A stretch of DNA of 64,000 bases from Paramecium tetraurelia (GCA_000165425.1 CT868671.1:563027-627026); one strand, 5' to 3'. Counted from the stretch's first letter, positions 27,209-40,940 are shown. Numbers and translations: made by a program. Notes: a model not told the origin generated them from the letters alone.

Positions 27209-30200
27209 ATGAAGAACCAATAGTTATTGTTCACTACGAAGTGGGTATAGGATAAGGAGGCTAAATGTTGTAAGAAATGCTCATCCCAATTTAAGGCGAT
27301 ATTCAGAAGGAAACATCACTGTCGGAATTGCGGAGGTGTGTTTTGCGATAGGTATCGATTTTGTCATAGAACTCAAAATAGTTGTTCGAATTTCTTTATA
27401 GATAAAACCAACTTTAAAAACTATTAAGAGATCAAAAAAAACAAAGTATGATTGTCCTTTGAATAATAAGGTTCGATTGTGTTAAGATTGCTTTAATGAC
27501 ATCAGCAAAAAGTTAAGGGAAAATGGGGAAATAGTTGAAAATAAGGACACATTAGGACTTCCCGATTAATAACAAATGAGAAGACATTCTAAATCCTTTA
27601 ATGTTGTAAATGAGAAATTGCCAGAATCTGCAAAAGAAGTATAAATGCATATTTCTGATATATCCAGTAGTCCACTCCTCCCGCTTTACAATTAATACCT
27701 CAGACGATCCCTGATCAAAAGCCCCTGTTGCCAGTATTGAAGGTTCACCCTCCAGAGTCGATCACAATAGGTGATGACATAGAACGAAAGTAAAAGAAAT
27801 TAGAATAGAAGATGATTTCCATAATAGAAGACTTTGTGGAAAGAAGAACAATAGCCCATGGTATCAATGAGAATTGGTAAGGAGTCATGACCAAATTTAT
27901 CACTAATTCCATTGAAGACTTCAAGTACCATTAGATCGACAACTAATCTAAAGTAAAAAATAAAGTGAGATATATCAAAATCAAAATAATCCCATTTATT
28001 AATTATGCTGCTACCAAATATTTAAGAGGAGTCACCATTCGAAAAAACATAGCTCATAAACGAATGAAAACTCATCACAAATCCCCTTTGTTTTTATTAC
28101 TGAGCGGATCTTTGGATTTGGATATACAGAACTTCGATAATGTCGTCAAGAATCAGAACAAGTATCTTTAACAAGCCTTGGAACAAATAGAGTTGCTCAA
28201 TCCCAACATTATTTTGGTGGAGAAGAGCATCAACACCATTTTGTTGAATGAATTGGTGAAAAAGGATATAACTGTTTCCATTCAATGCAGATATAAGTAA
28301 CTTTTACAAGTTGAATAAGCAGTTTCTGGTAAAATATAGAAGGCGGTAGATGTTTTTAATAAGTGTTGTGATAAGGATTGTCTTGGCAGAGCAGATACAG
28401 CATCTTATGTTTGTTGTGATCCAGAAACAATCAAACAAAATCTTAATTTGTATGATAAATTGGATGACAAAGACAAGACTCTATTGGAAGCACATCTGGA
28501 AAAGAAGAGAGGCAGAGACAAAACCTTATTATTCATTACTACACCTCAATCCAGCAATTCTTTTTAGATGACTTTGAGTGGACCCAAAATCAATGAATTG
28601 ATTAATGTGAAGCAATGTTTTCAAGAACTGTTTTGTATTTGTCATTAGATGTCCTTAGAATTTGAAATGATTTTGTTAGATTATAAAATTAAATAGGATT
28701 TGGAATTCAAATACAAACAGATTGACAATGAAAATTCTCCAATGATGACTTGTGGAGAAATAACAGATTTTTCAGTCTAATTGATGTCGGAGTCAGAAAA
28801 CTCATAAATCAAACTTTGCAAATTGAGATTCTATCCAGCTGTTATCAGTAAGATACATGACATACAAAAAAAGAATAAGTAAATATTAAATCATTAATAT
28901 CAGTGACGAAAGTCTGGAAAATTACATCTTATAGAATATCAAAAATATTAATAATAAGAAAATACCCTACTTTTGTTAATTGTGCGATTGTTAAAAAGAG
29001 AAAGTCTGTTTCTATGAAAACTCTGGATTACATTAAGAAGACGTAAGTTTAGGGAAGTATATTAGTGATAAAGCTCTGATTCGTGAATCTAAATGTGGAC
29101 ACTGTTAAACTAAAAAGATAAATCATGTTTCAATTAGATATGGTCCAGGAGCATTTGTTCGATGCGTTGTCGAAAAGAAAAAATAACAAAACTTATAAGT
29201 TAAAGCTAATACCATTCTATCAAAAGAACTCAAAAAAGCAACCAGTTTCCTCTATCCTCAGTCTCTCAATGATGAGACTGCTACACAAGCTGACACTGTT
29301 ATTGTAGATTCAGAACCTAAAATTCAACAATAAGTGGAATTAAGTATCATTACCTACATCAAGTGTCTTAATGCTAATTGCGATAGGCAATTGACGAAAT
29401 CCTTTAAATTGGAAAAGAATCACTTGGAGTTCTCATTCTATAGATTAGTACAATATCTAATCAAAAACTCCTTAAGGTTGAAAAAGACAAATAAGAAAGA
29501 CTGGCTTGTATTTGAAGGAGAGGTAAAGGACTAAGGGGATAAATAATCAGATGGATGTAATCATATCTAAACAGAAAGAGTGTTTGAATGTGATGAACAT
29601 TAAATTAAGTTGTTTACCAATTTATTTGATATCTATAGGATTAAACATTTTCAATTTGATTGCTAGGAAGTTAAATAACATATAGAAAAAAGTGATAAGG
29701 AAGAGATCGATAAAAGAAAAGAGTATTTGATTTGCTATTTGCAAAAATTGTTTTTATCAATTCAAAATGGGGATAGGAGCGTTAGAAGCAGTTATATGAC
29801 ATCATCCACACAATCCTCATTTACAATTTTTGAGAAAAATTCTGATACCTCTTTGGGAATCATTGGGAGTTTCATTGAAAGATTATCATAATACCAGTTT
29901 CCTGATTTTATCACTTTAGAGTAAGAAAGCATGCAAGTTTATTAACGTTTATTTTAAATAGAATTGGCTGAACAACAAAGGATTGCTGCCAAATTAAAAA
30001 GTGAATCAGATATTCAGAGATAAAAAACATCCATGTTCTCATTAGTTTCGAGTGAAAGTGGTCCATCCATGAAATACTCTATGAGAAAAACTCAAAAGGA
30101 ATCCTCTACTCTAATAGCATCCTAATAAATAAGCAATGAAAATTAGTTCCCTACCTAAAATCAATCCCCTATTCAATACACTTAATCACCTGAATCTCCT

Positions 30201-31496
30201 ACTTAAGAAAATCTAAATTAATTCGAAGAACAGTCAGAGGCTGGAACCGAAAAAACGGAATATGAATTAAGCTTCCAAAATTCATTTAGATTTGTATTTG
30301 ATAAATGGCCAAGATAATCAATCAATTCTGACTAAACTAATTTGCAATTCAAATCATTTTTTGAATTCATTCCAATATATAATCAAAATGATATCGGTTT
30401 AATTGCAGCTGCTTTGAATCATCCAAGATATTATGATCTGTATGAATATAAGTATAGGTTTACTGAATTGTGGGAGAAAATTGAAAATAAGTCTCTACAA
30501 AAAGAAGTTGAAATTGAGGCTGCTAAAATCTTAAAAGAACAATCCAAATTTGCAATCGTTGAAGAATTTTAATAAAAAATAACTAAATCTACTTCTTAGA
30601 TTAAGAAAACTAGTTCCAATAACTTATAAGATATTGAGGAGGAAGAGCAAACCATGGGTTAACCATCTGCCGAGACTCCTAAAAAACCATCCAAATCTAT
30701 TTCAATTCAATTGTATTACCCAAGATAATTTGAATGTGTTAGAATGTTAAATGGAATTAAAGTCAAATAATTTATTAAATCTATTGCAAGTTGTTCTAAC
30801 TGGAATTCAGCAGGAGGTAAGAGTGGATCTACTTTCTTCAAGTCATCTGATAATTTATTTATTTTCAAGGCTGTTAAAGAATCTGAATTTAATATGTTTG
30901 AATCATTTGCTCCTAAATACTTTGAGCATCTTTATTCCAATATCTTTTATTAAAAGCCATCTGTTCTTAATAAGATTTACGGCATGTTCACCATTAAAAA
31001 TTCAAAGGGAACTACCTATTATATCGCTATGGAAAACCTATTTTGGGGTTTAGAGGGTGAATTGACCGTTTATGATCTCAAAGGTAGTATTGCCAAAAGA
31101 TGGAATCGTAAAAATCTAAAAACTCTTCTTGATACCAATTATATTATTGATAGGAATGGCGAACCTTTGCCTATTCAAGAATAAGATTACCATTTCTTAG
31201 AAAAAGCTCTTGAATCAGATTCTCAGTTTTTGCTTGATGTTGCCGTTGTGGACTATTCCTTATTGCTAATAATAGATAAGTAAAACAACTAGATTAAATT
31301 ATCAATTATCGATTATTTATAATGTTATGATTTTATGAAAAAAATGGAAACTACGTAATATTTTTTATTTATATTTAGATTAAAAACTGCTATGAATTTA
31401 GGGATTGATCCAACCATTATAAAACCAGCAGAATACTAAGTTCGATTTATTAAAGCAATGCAAAAATACTTTATGGGAATATACTCATCACTATGA
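27209..31496 (+). CDS. FAB1: FAB1/PIKfyve phosphatidylinositol-3-phosphate 5-kinase
   Basis: FYVE (WVQD..CKKC..RRKHHCRNCGGVFC), chaperonin-like middle region, PIP5K domain (GGKSGSTFFKS, MENLF, YDLKGS, VDYSLL, IIDY, PTIIKPAEYQVRF). Confidence 0.92.
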
Positions 31497-31731
31497 TTTA
31501 TTTATAACATTAAAATCAGATATGAATTTTCATTTCCTTAAATTTGTCGCCAATATTTATGAGATTTTTCACATCATTAATATTGGAGTAAAATGTTTAT
31601 TATTTAAAAGATATTTTTTTATTAAGACTGCTTAATAAAAAAAATAATTTTCTATATATTTAATAAGTCAATATAGCTCATAAGAGTAGGAGTACAATAA
31701 ATAATTATTAGTATAATAGTGTTTGATTTAC

Positions 31732-32603
31732 TCAAGCATGTATAAAATCATAAATTAATAAAATAATTCCCATAAAAAAGAAGAACGATCCGATTTGTTA
31801 ACCTAATTTCTCATTCAATATAACTGAGCTGAAAAGATGATTATTAGCTGCTTCAATATGCTTAAAACTCTCAGTAGCATTTAGTAATATCTCTTCAGTT
31901 TTCATTTCTTAATACACTATTAAATTTTGCATATTCTGAATATACAGACAAATATCACTTATTTATTCTTTGATACTAATTATTTCATTGATATCATTCG
32001 AATATTGCATTTAAATTTATGAATTCACTAATTTAGAATGATTAATTAGTTAACTATTTGATAAAGGGAGGATACTCTTAGTTTTAAACTCAATCATATA
32101 CTTTTTATCTTTTTTCTTATTCAATCTTTTTGTATATTATGAAATTTATTGTTTTTATTTCTATCTATAATATTTAAATTCTCTAAAGAATAAAATAATC
32201 TGATTTAATTTAGCAATTAGACAACTAACTATTACTTCCTTATGTACATATTCACTACATAACTGTTATACTTTACGTTTTAGTTTATGAATTTGATTGC
32301 AATTATTGAAGTTCCTTTATTTTTTCAGAGCAATTCGCAATCTAAGAAGAGACTTAGTGATCAAACTCATCTCTTTCCTTATCTGAGAAAGGATGGCCTG
32401 ACAAATGAGTCGCTGCAGTGTATTTGTCCTTCTAGATATTCATAAATTAAAGGATAGTAGTTGTCATATTATGCTATAAAAATGAAGCCACAATTTACAA
32501 TATGCTATGAAGATTTATTAAAACCATCAATTGGCATTTCAGTTTGATTTTTGCTGATTATTTTTGCTCTACTCATGCTCATGAATCTAGATGTGATATC
32601 CAT
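31732..32603 (-). CDS. Syntaxin-18/Ufe1-like Qa-SNARE
   Basis: MDITSRF N-terminus, SDKERDEFD, HKEVIVSCL, SNARE helix, C-terminal TM IGSFFFFMGIIYYLYDF. Confidence 0.75.
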
Positions 32604-32696
32604 TCAATTTTAGGTATTAGAATAATTCGAATTCAAAAAGAAAATAATGTTTATAAATAATAATAACTGTAAATGGTATGTTTAGTTATAAAATAA

Positions 32697-35600
32697 TCAA
32701 ACCTATCTTTAAGTAATCTATCTCCTACAAGGTTAAAGAATAATAATACTTAAAATATTTCTAAGGCTTATTCACAATTTTAGGATAATACAACACTTGC
32801 TTTTATTGTTGCTTTGCTAATTCTGCCTTCTTCCTTAATTCTTTGCCCCTATAAATTGCCGTATAAATAAAGGAATATAGAGAAAAGATGGGGAAATGTT
32901 CCACTTGCTTTTAGTATCTTTCAACTAGTTTTAAAACTGAAGAAATATTATGTTGAGGGAAATACTTTCTAAAGGTCATAATCTTATCAAAATCCCCAAG
33001 AGATGGAAAAGTTATGATAGGCTATATATTTGAGATCATTTACAAATTCAATGGTTAATAATTAGTTCTCCTACAATGCGGCTAAGACATTATCAAAGAT
33101 TATGGCTGTATTATTAGTTTTGGTAGTTCCCCTTTTGATTGAAGTTCTAGGTCTAACATTAGGGTTGGCTCCACTTTATTGTTATTAGTTTGTAGATTGA
33201 TTAATAAAGGTAACTTTCTACCCCATTTATTGGATATTTCTTGGATTTGTTCCTGAATTTTGGGGACTTTGGGATCCTTTTGAAATTGATTTACCCATTT
33301 GTTGTTGAGGTTAACCACTTGATTCTTCTTAATATTCCTCTTCATCCTCAGATTCAATAGAATTGTCCATGTCTTATTCTACATTAGAAGGTTTATTAAA
33401 TTTATTTCCAAATCCAGCAGTTTCTACTGTATGCTTAGGGTCATTTTTCCGATTGAATTCTTTTCTATTGTTCATCTATTCGTCAAAGTTAGGTTGGACT
33501 CCTTGATCTTATTCTTGATCTTGATCTTCTATCATTTCAACCTCATCTTCATCAACTTAGGGGAGAAGATTAGCTTATTGGGCCATCATTTATTGAGTCA
33601 TATGAGGTTGATTAATTTTATAATTAGAAGACTATTATTGCATTGACAAGATGGAATGAGTATTAACTCTAGAGACTGATCGTGTTCTCATTTGTGAGTA
33701 TGCTATATTTGATATTGAATGATACTTCGACTATCTGTATCAGAAACATCATCCTGCAACAAGACATGAGTAGCTTATGTTCCTTCTTGAGTTTCATCTT
33801 GAATCAATTGCATCTGATACTCTTTGGCTATCTATTCTATAATTTGCTACTATAACAAAGCATTAATGAATTTGGACTTCCTTGGTCTAAGAAAATTAAT
33901 GAATAATTATTATACTATTAAGGATCGTCTCGTTCTTATTGATGAGGATAGAGTGATTATTTGATGACTCTATCTTGATTTGGATTGAAATGTAAAATTG
34001 GACATAGATTGACCATGTGAGAGTTGGCTTTACATCCATAACACTTGATTTGTAAATCTGACAAGTCTTGATTTATTTTGACTTTGTCTTTGATCATGTA
34101 AAAGATTTCGCGTTCGTCTGGGAATTGATCCAACAGATTTATAAAGTTATCTCTAGAAATCTTAAATAGTTTTCCGAATCCCTTAGACACAACTGTGGCT
34201 GTCCTAGGCAAATTTGTAATAAAACTATAAAAGCCAAAATATTCTCCTTTCTCTAAATCAAAAAAATTCAATAAATACTTCTAAGACTTTTATATTATTC
34301 CTCTTGAACTTTACATTCATCTTATTCTTTGCTTCAAACACTACTTCCATTTCTCCCTTGTTTATAATGTATATTGAACAATCGTCAATATTGTTCATTT
34401 CTACTATCCTCTCTTCAGGGATAGTGTTTACCTCCTCCATAAAGGGAACCAAAGCTTACTAAAATTTCACTGAAAAATTCTTCTTAATAAAATCACAAGA
34501 TTCTAATATGGATGCTCTTAATTGATATTTTAGTTCTGCTTATAATCTCTCTGATAATTTGTTTACAATGTTTGAAACATTTTCATCAATCATCGATTAT
34601 TCTGCCTAATTTAGCATTGATTACAATTACCTTGCAAATGTAATCTAAGTAATTTCTAATACGAACTTGTAAATTGAAATCAATTTTATTCATTGACATA
34701 AAATTATTCATCAACTTCATTGATTCAGAATATATTTCATTTCTTTGGGATTTATGGAAGAAATATCCTAAAGAAACTACTATTATACCCATTATGAATA
34801 GAGATAAAAATGAAATTGCTGCAGCAAAATATTTCTCATCGTGATTAGCTATTTTGATCTCAGTAGAACCTACGTTAGTAAGATACACTGCAGACCAATG
34901 CAATGACTCTGCATATCTTATACTATCATTGGCTCCTCTCAAATTATTTTTATCCAACCATGTATACTTACTGGTTGGTTATCCCAATCCATGCCAAAGA
35001 CATGCTACCAAATGTATAAAGTACATTAGTCCACAAATTATTTGAGTCATCTATAAACAATCCTTTAACACGCCCTTGATGTTAAAATATTCTTATATTT
35101 AATTAAATATCTATTTCATCTTAAAAGTCTTTATCAATCCGAATATCAAACACAAACTGATTTGCAAGGCAATAAATTGATTTTCATATTAATGCACTAT
35201 GATTAATTCATAAAGTAATGCAAATATACTTATCATATCGGCTAATGCAGTGGTTTTCAAATAATTCATTATGATATGATATCGCTGACTAAATAATCAA
35301 ATACATTATTGATACTTGATTATAATTCCTTTGTGGATGTAGGCTTCATTTAAACAAATAAATATATCGAAAGCACAAATCACAAATAAAGTTATTTCTA
35401 TCGACATTTTTTTTTCTTCATCATAAAATTAAGAAATGTAATTGGTTTCAAAAGCTAATTTATATGGCAACCACAAGAATATCAGAATGAAAGTTGATAC
35501 TTGAAGTGTGTTCCAAAATATTTTAAAATTGCTTTATGGATATATTACAGATATCCTATCCAAATAACTAGAAAAGAAACTGTAAAAAATATTATCAATA

Positions 35601-36010
35601 TCATCTATTTATTTATCTGTTCCGAATTAAAGATCATCAAGCACCTAAACTTGATACGTACTTAATGACCCTAATTTTTTTATATATGAATTTTCTATGA
35701 TGTTTTTTATAAAAGACTCTTCGTACAGTCGTTGTAAACTCTATTTAAAGACACGCTTCTCTTTTTAAAGATAATCATCATCAAAAACCCTGCTATGTCT
35801 TTTGTGCTTTTTTTTATATCTATTTGTCCCCCCAAATTTGCGTTTTTCATTTCCACTATTGCGATCACTGTTATTCTCACTTTATTATTAGATGTTTAAT
35901 TTTTACAATAAATTGTCCATATAATCCTATCTTGGACTGTTATACTTGGACGAGGAAATATAAGATTTGTCATTTATCATGGAGGGTTATTTCAAAAACT
36001 AATAATTCAT
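32697..36010 (-). CDS. CNBD-family (KCNH/CNG-like) cation channel subunit with degenerate pore
   Basis: 6-TM layout, C-linker LQVRIRNYLDY, CNBD (IYIINKGEMEV..GEYFGFYSFITNLPRTATV), C..C....H....CP motif; filter reads LTNVGSTEI. Start (36010 or 35980) and last exons uncertain. Confidence 0.82.
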
Positions 36011-37747
36011 TTATTATAATTTATAATATTTATCAATTTACTCATTTGGGTGGTTTGAAATCTTTCATTATTAATTTTATTCAATTGAGTCACTTTCAAA
36101 ATTTTCATTTATTAATCTTTTAAAATTTCCCCAAAAAAACTATTTTATATTTCTATTTTCACACTCTAATGTTGATCATTACTCCCTTCAATTACATCCA
36201 TTTGTTCCAGTTTTATATGGTTATTGACCTTGATTTAAATCTCATGTCTGTTACTGAGAATTTACAACTTGTTGAAGTAGTCCTAATATTGTTATAATTC
36301 AAATAGAATTCCCGAGGATTTAGTTAATTTTACACTGATATCTGAGTTGAATTGTATTGCATTAATAATTTACACTCTCTAACCCACGGATATCATTTCA
36401 TATTATAATGGGTCATTAATGTAGACTAATATTTCTTTTAATTCAGTTATTTTAGACTTCCTTTCATCAAAATAGTTTAAACTATCCATAACTGTAATCC
36501 AAAAGCATAGATTGGAATTTTTGAGTTTTTGTATTTCCTCTTCATTTTCAGTTTCAGAGTTGAATTGTATGGCTTTACGTTAATTTTTTTGATTTATATT
36601 TATCAAATAAGATTTAGAAACTATAAAGACATCAATACATGGAATGGTTCCATTCCTCAGACTTTTGAGTGATCGAAGAAAGAACTTTTATTATTACCTT
36701 CCTAATTTGGTATTTAATTAAGCTTTTTTTATTGAATTAATTTTAGTAGTAACCATCATTTTAGTAAAAGGATATTATGTTATTATTTTAACCTAGATGA
36801 TACTATAACTATACATTAGAAGTATTAAATATAATAGGATATTCTTTTAAATTTGTTAAATGCAATTTTTGTCCAATTTTGATCTTATTGTATATTTATT
36901 CATAACTTTATTCACAAATAAAGAAGATTGAATACCACCCATCAGATAACTCTAAAATCCTTTTCCCTTAATATTACTCTATTGCAACGACCAATAAAAT
37001 CATATGTTGATTTAATGATTAATCATTTGTCCAAATCTCTTGAATTATAGTTCGACTTTATAATCTATATTAAATAAAATAACGATATTCTAACTCTAAA
37101 ATTAATTTTTAATCAGTGTAATTATTTTTAGATTATAATTTCCAAAATACTAGTTTTGCTTGCTCATATAACCAATCTTTTTCAGCATCATATTGCTTAA
37201 AATATTCCTTAATTAATTTCCAATCAAATTCCTAAGGTATTTTTTATAACCTACTAAATGAACTAAATTTCAATTAAGAATTCTTCATAAATTGTTTTGA
37301 GAGTTCATAAAATTTTTCTCCAATTAAACACTTAGGCAATTTGCTAATTTTTGAAAGCAATATGGTGTTCATCTAAAATATCTCATTATTGGTATTAGGT
37401 TCTTTTTTTTTAATTGGTGTGATGATTTCTTTTTATATCTCATCTGCCATGATCACTGTTTAATATGAAATTTTCTTTTCTGAGAGTGAGTCTCTTGGAT
37501 TTTTACTCATGAATTTAAAATCTTGTTCAGCGAATTTACTAGGATGGTAAAGTTAATTGTTTATTTTAATAGCTTCTTTTGAAAGTGAATTTAGTAAATT
37601 TAAATCATTCTTTGTTGGCTTATTGTCTGATTTATAGACTTCTTCTTCCTCTGACAGATCTTCAAATTGGATGACAATCTTATTGCATTTCTCATTTTCA
37701 ACTAGCTATATTTTTTAATTTCTTCCTGTTTAAAACCCGCTAATCAT
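36007..37747 (-). CDS. BRCA2: Compact BRCA2 homolog (572 aa)
   Basis: N-terminal BRC-like FQTGRNQKIQLV; helical domain WLYEQAKLVFWKL and LELEYRY; OB1 HMILLV, LELSDGWYSI, KIGQKL, TKLG; SLKSLRNGTIPCIDVFI; one 22-nt intron. Confidence 0.82.
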
Positions 37748-37799
37748 TTAGTAAATAATTATTATATATATTTAAAGAATTAGAAATAAATAATTCAAA

Positions 37800-38525
37800 T
37801 CACTATTATTATTAAATTTATTATTGCTAAGAATACTATTTTAATTCCTAAAATTAAGTTAAATTGCTGATGTCAATCTTTACAATCTAACGTTTCTCTA
37901 TTCCATCGCCTTCAAAGACCAAATGATGTTCAAATTCAATTGGTTAAATCTTATGCTCCTTCTTAAACTTTATTTTTATTGGAATTGTAAAAACATCATA
38001 TCCCCATCTTGTTAATAAATAGGGAGGTTATCGAACTGTAATGACATCAGGAAAGAAAGTTTCGTCGAGTTAAAAGGTTACATTCTTAATTAAACTATTC
38101 AAATCCAAATCTTTCAAAGCAATTTTATCAGATTTTCTTGTATAATCCAAACTAACATGAGTAGTCCATTAATATTATAATCCATCATCATTATCATCCT
38201 CAGATTTAAAGTAATTTCCGTAATTCACTTCAATTTTCAATTCGTTTGGAAGTAAAGATTAAATATTCTTTATCTCTTCTAATCTTTATTAGTATTAATT
38301 AGGAAAGTTTTCCTTAACAATATTTTACAAATCTTCATCTATCGATAAAGGGTTATCTTTGTTAACAAATTCTAATCTGCACATTGGACACTTGTATTTA
38401 ATGTTATTAAAGTCAATCAAATCCAACAGACAAGCATTACAAAATGCATGATTACATTTTAATTTGCAAGGATCTACAAAAACTCCAAGACAAATGGAAC
38501 ATGTATAATCGTCTTTTGATATCAT
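37800..38525 (-). CDS. RING (C3HC4) + YEATS domain protein (241 aa)
   Basis: CSICLGVFVDPCKLKCNHAFCNAC...CPMCR, then VNYGN..YQWTTHV..IKNVTFQLDETF..VRQPPYLLTRWGYDVFTIPIKIKF..FEHHLVF. Confidence 0.85.
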
Positions 38526-39419
38526 TTTGCTAATAATTTATTTCTTTAATAAACTGATAAATTTGTATTAACTAAACTTCCGATAAATTCTAATATTAAT
38601 TCTTTTTTTTTATACAGAAATTTATTACTTTTAAATCTAAATCTTAGAGTTGGAATTAAAATAAAATATAAACCATCTAATTTGTTATCAATTTAAAGAA
38701 ATAAAAAATTAAAAGATAATATAGGGATATTTAAATTCATTTACATAAAGATAATTTAAAAGTAAATGAAATTACATGGTTCTATCATGAAAAAAATTCA
38801 GCAATATGGTTTAATTATAACAATAAATTTGAGTAAAGGAAACTATAATCCAAATGGAATTTCGTATTTAAAAAAATGGAGAAATCAATCAAAAATGTGT
38901 TTTCATCAGAGAGATATAATTTTAAATACTGTCAATTAACAATATTCTGTTTTAAAAAACTTGAATATATTTATTTGTTATATCTAAAGCTTATATTTAT
39001 ATATTTGTAAATTGTTGGAAATTTAGAAAAATATTTGAAGAAATTCTAAAATGACAATTTGATTTAATGAACTCTACAGTTTTAAGAGATAATATGTAAA
39101 TCGCTTTCTAAAGATCAAGGACTTTTAAGGCTGAATTATATTGAATTTGAAATTTAAGAAATGAATTAAAAAATAATTTGAAAAGATCGATATTTAAAAT
39201 TAATTCTTTTAAATCTTATGATGTATTTAAGTCATCTAATCGGAAACCTTGCTATATTCAAACTCTAATTGTGTAAATGGGCTTGATTCAATTCTTATAT
39301 TGTATATATATATATATTTGATATGGTATAGTTATATATAAAAAGTTCAAGAGAAATAATGAATAATTTAAAATATGTAAATTTAATAACACTATTCATA
39401 GCTGATTGATGAGCTAAAA

Positions 39420-40849
39420 ATGAATGAATCAAACAGTTTATTAAGATCAAAGTAGGAATCTCTATTTGAAAAAATTTGTTAGTAGGAACTAATTAAGGAA
39501 ATATTGCCGATTTATCAGCACAAGGCCAAAGAATTTGAGTTGAAGGAAATTCGTGTATACGATAATGCGATTGTCATAGAGAGTTTATATTTTGAATTAA
39601 GCAAATGTTATCACGAAATCAAATTTACAAAAACCAAGAATTGCGATGGTCTTTATGTGATCATCTTGCAATATGGATAGGGAAGAGAATTTCTAATTGC
39701 GAACAATGAAGAATTAATGAAACGAATTTAAGTTCTATTGAAAAGATTTTGCATAAACAAGAACTTTTTTGGAAAATATCAATTATCATAAAGGAATTAC
39801 CTTCCCATATCTTAAGCAATCAAAGTATTAATGATTAGTATATTAGAATAATAGTGAGGAGCATTGCACTTAAGTTTATGAAAAAAAACTATTAAAAGAT
39901 CCAAAAGAATTCCAAATATTCCACAATTCCATTACAATAATGCACTCTTTAAAAACTAAACCTGGCTCTCCAAAACTCTATGAAGACAATTAAAAGTACT
40001 ACATTCTTGGGGAAAAGATGAAGCTTCAATCTTTAGAGAGCTTGCTGCTGAATGGATTCGATTTTCGAGAAATCCCTTTCGTATCAATCATATATATGAT
40101 CTTGCAAAATTTGCAGAAGTATTAACAGAGAAACATATATCATGGAAACATAAATCTTTCATCTGTTTTTATCAATATCGAAAATGAAACATTGGAGGTA
40201 GTAATTCTGTTTCCCAGATATTTGGAAAATAGTAATTACACTATTGAAAACGATCTTTATAATTTGGGAATATTAATATATCAAATTACATTTTATACCA
40301 TTACTAACAGAATTAAACAATATGTTGATTTGGATCTAATCAATAGGATCCATAATTAGATGGCTGATTAAAACTATAAATAAAATTAATATCAGTTTTT
40401 GTATAGAGTTAGTTAATTAGATCTATTGAAATAATTACTATCGCCAAATATTACTTTGAAAAGAGCCATTAAACATCAATGGTTTGTCACGATACAACAA
40501 AATATTAAGCATCAACAAACTCATAAATAGTTAAATCCAATCTTTTTACCAACTATTGTAGAGATTAACGACTCTTTGATGATTTCTTCTTCTCTCAATG
40601 ATGGAAAAGTTGCAAATTTCAATTAATAAATTTATTAAGATTAAGGTATGCATTTTACATTAATGTATGTTAGATCCAGAGGAGTATTAAACAATCAAAT
40701 GTTAGATTGTTAATACGATTAGGATGATCCCATCGAAAATGAAACATGATGAAGCCAGCCAATATCTCATGAAATCTAAGACTGTTCCAAATTCACAAGT
40801 AAAAAGAGCTTCTCTGCCTGAAATTACCAAATAAACCACTGTAAAATGA
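39420..40849 (+). CDS. Pseudokinase with PH-like N-terminal region
   Basis: Kinase C-lobe remnants (HGNINLSSV, NDLYNLGILIYQI, LLKQLL..ITLKRAIKHQWF) but no Gly loop, HRD or DFG. Confidence 0.6.
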
Positions 40850-40940
40850 TTATATTTCTAATGAGAAAATTATGATTAAATCAAGAGAGTTTTAAACATA
40901 TTTCCATTATAATATTCCTATTTATTTTTATTAAAATTTA

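Noticed and set aside
36560..36600. Suspected frameshift in the BRCA2 A run
   Set aside because: Recounting gives CAA AAA AAT TAA CGT AAA, in frame; spliced length 1719 nt is divisible by 3
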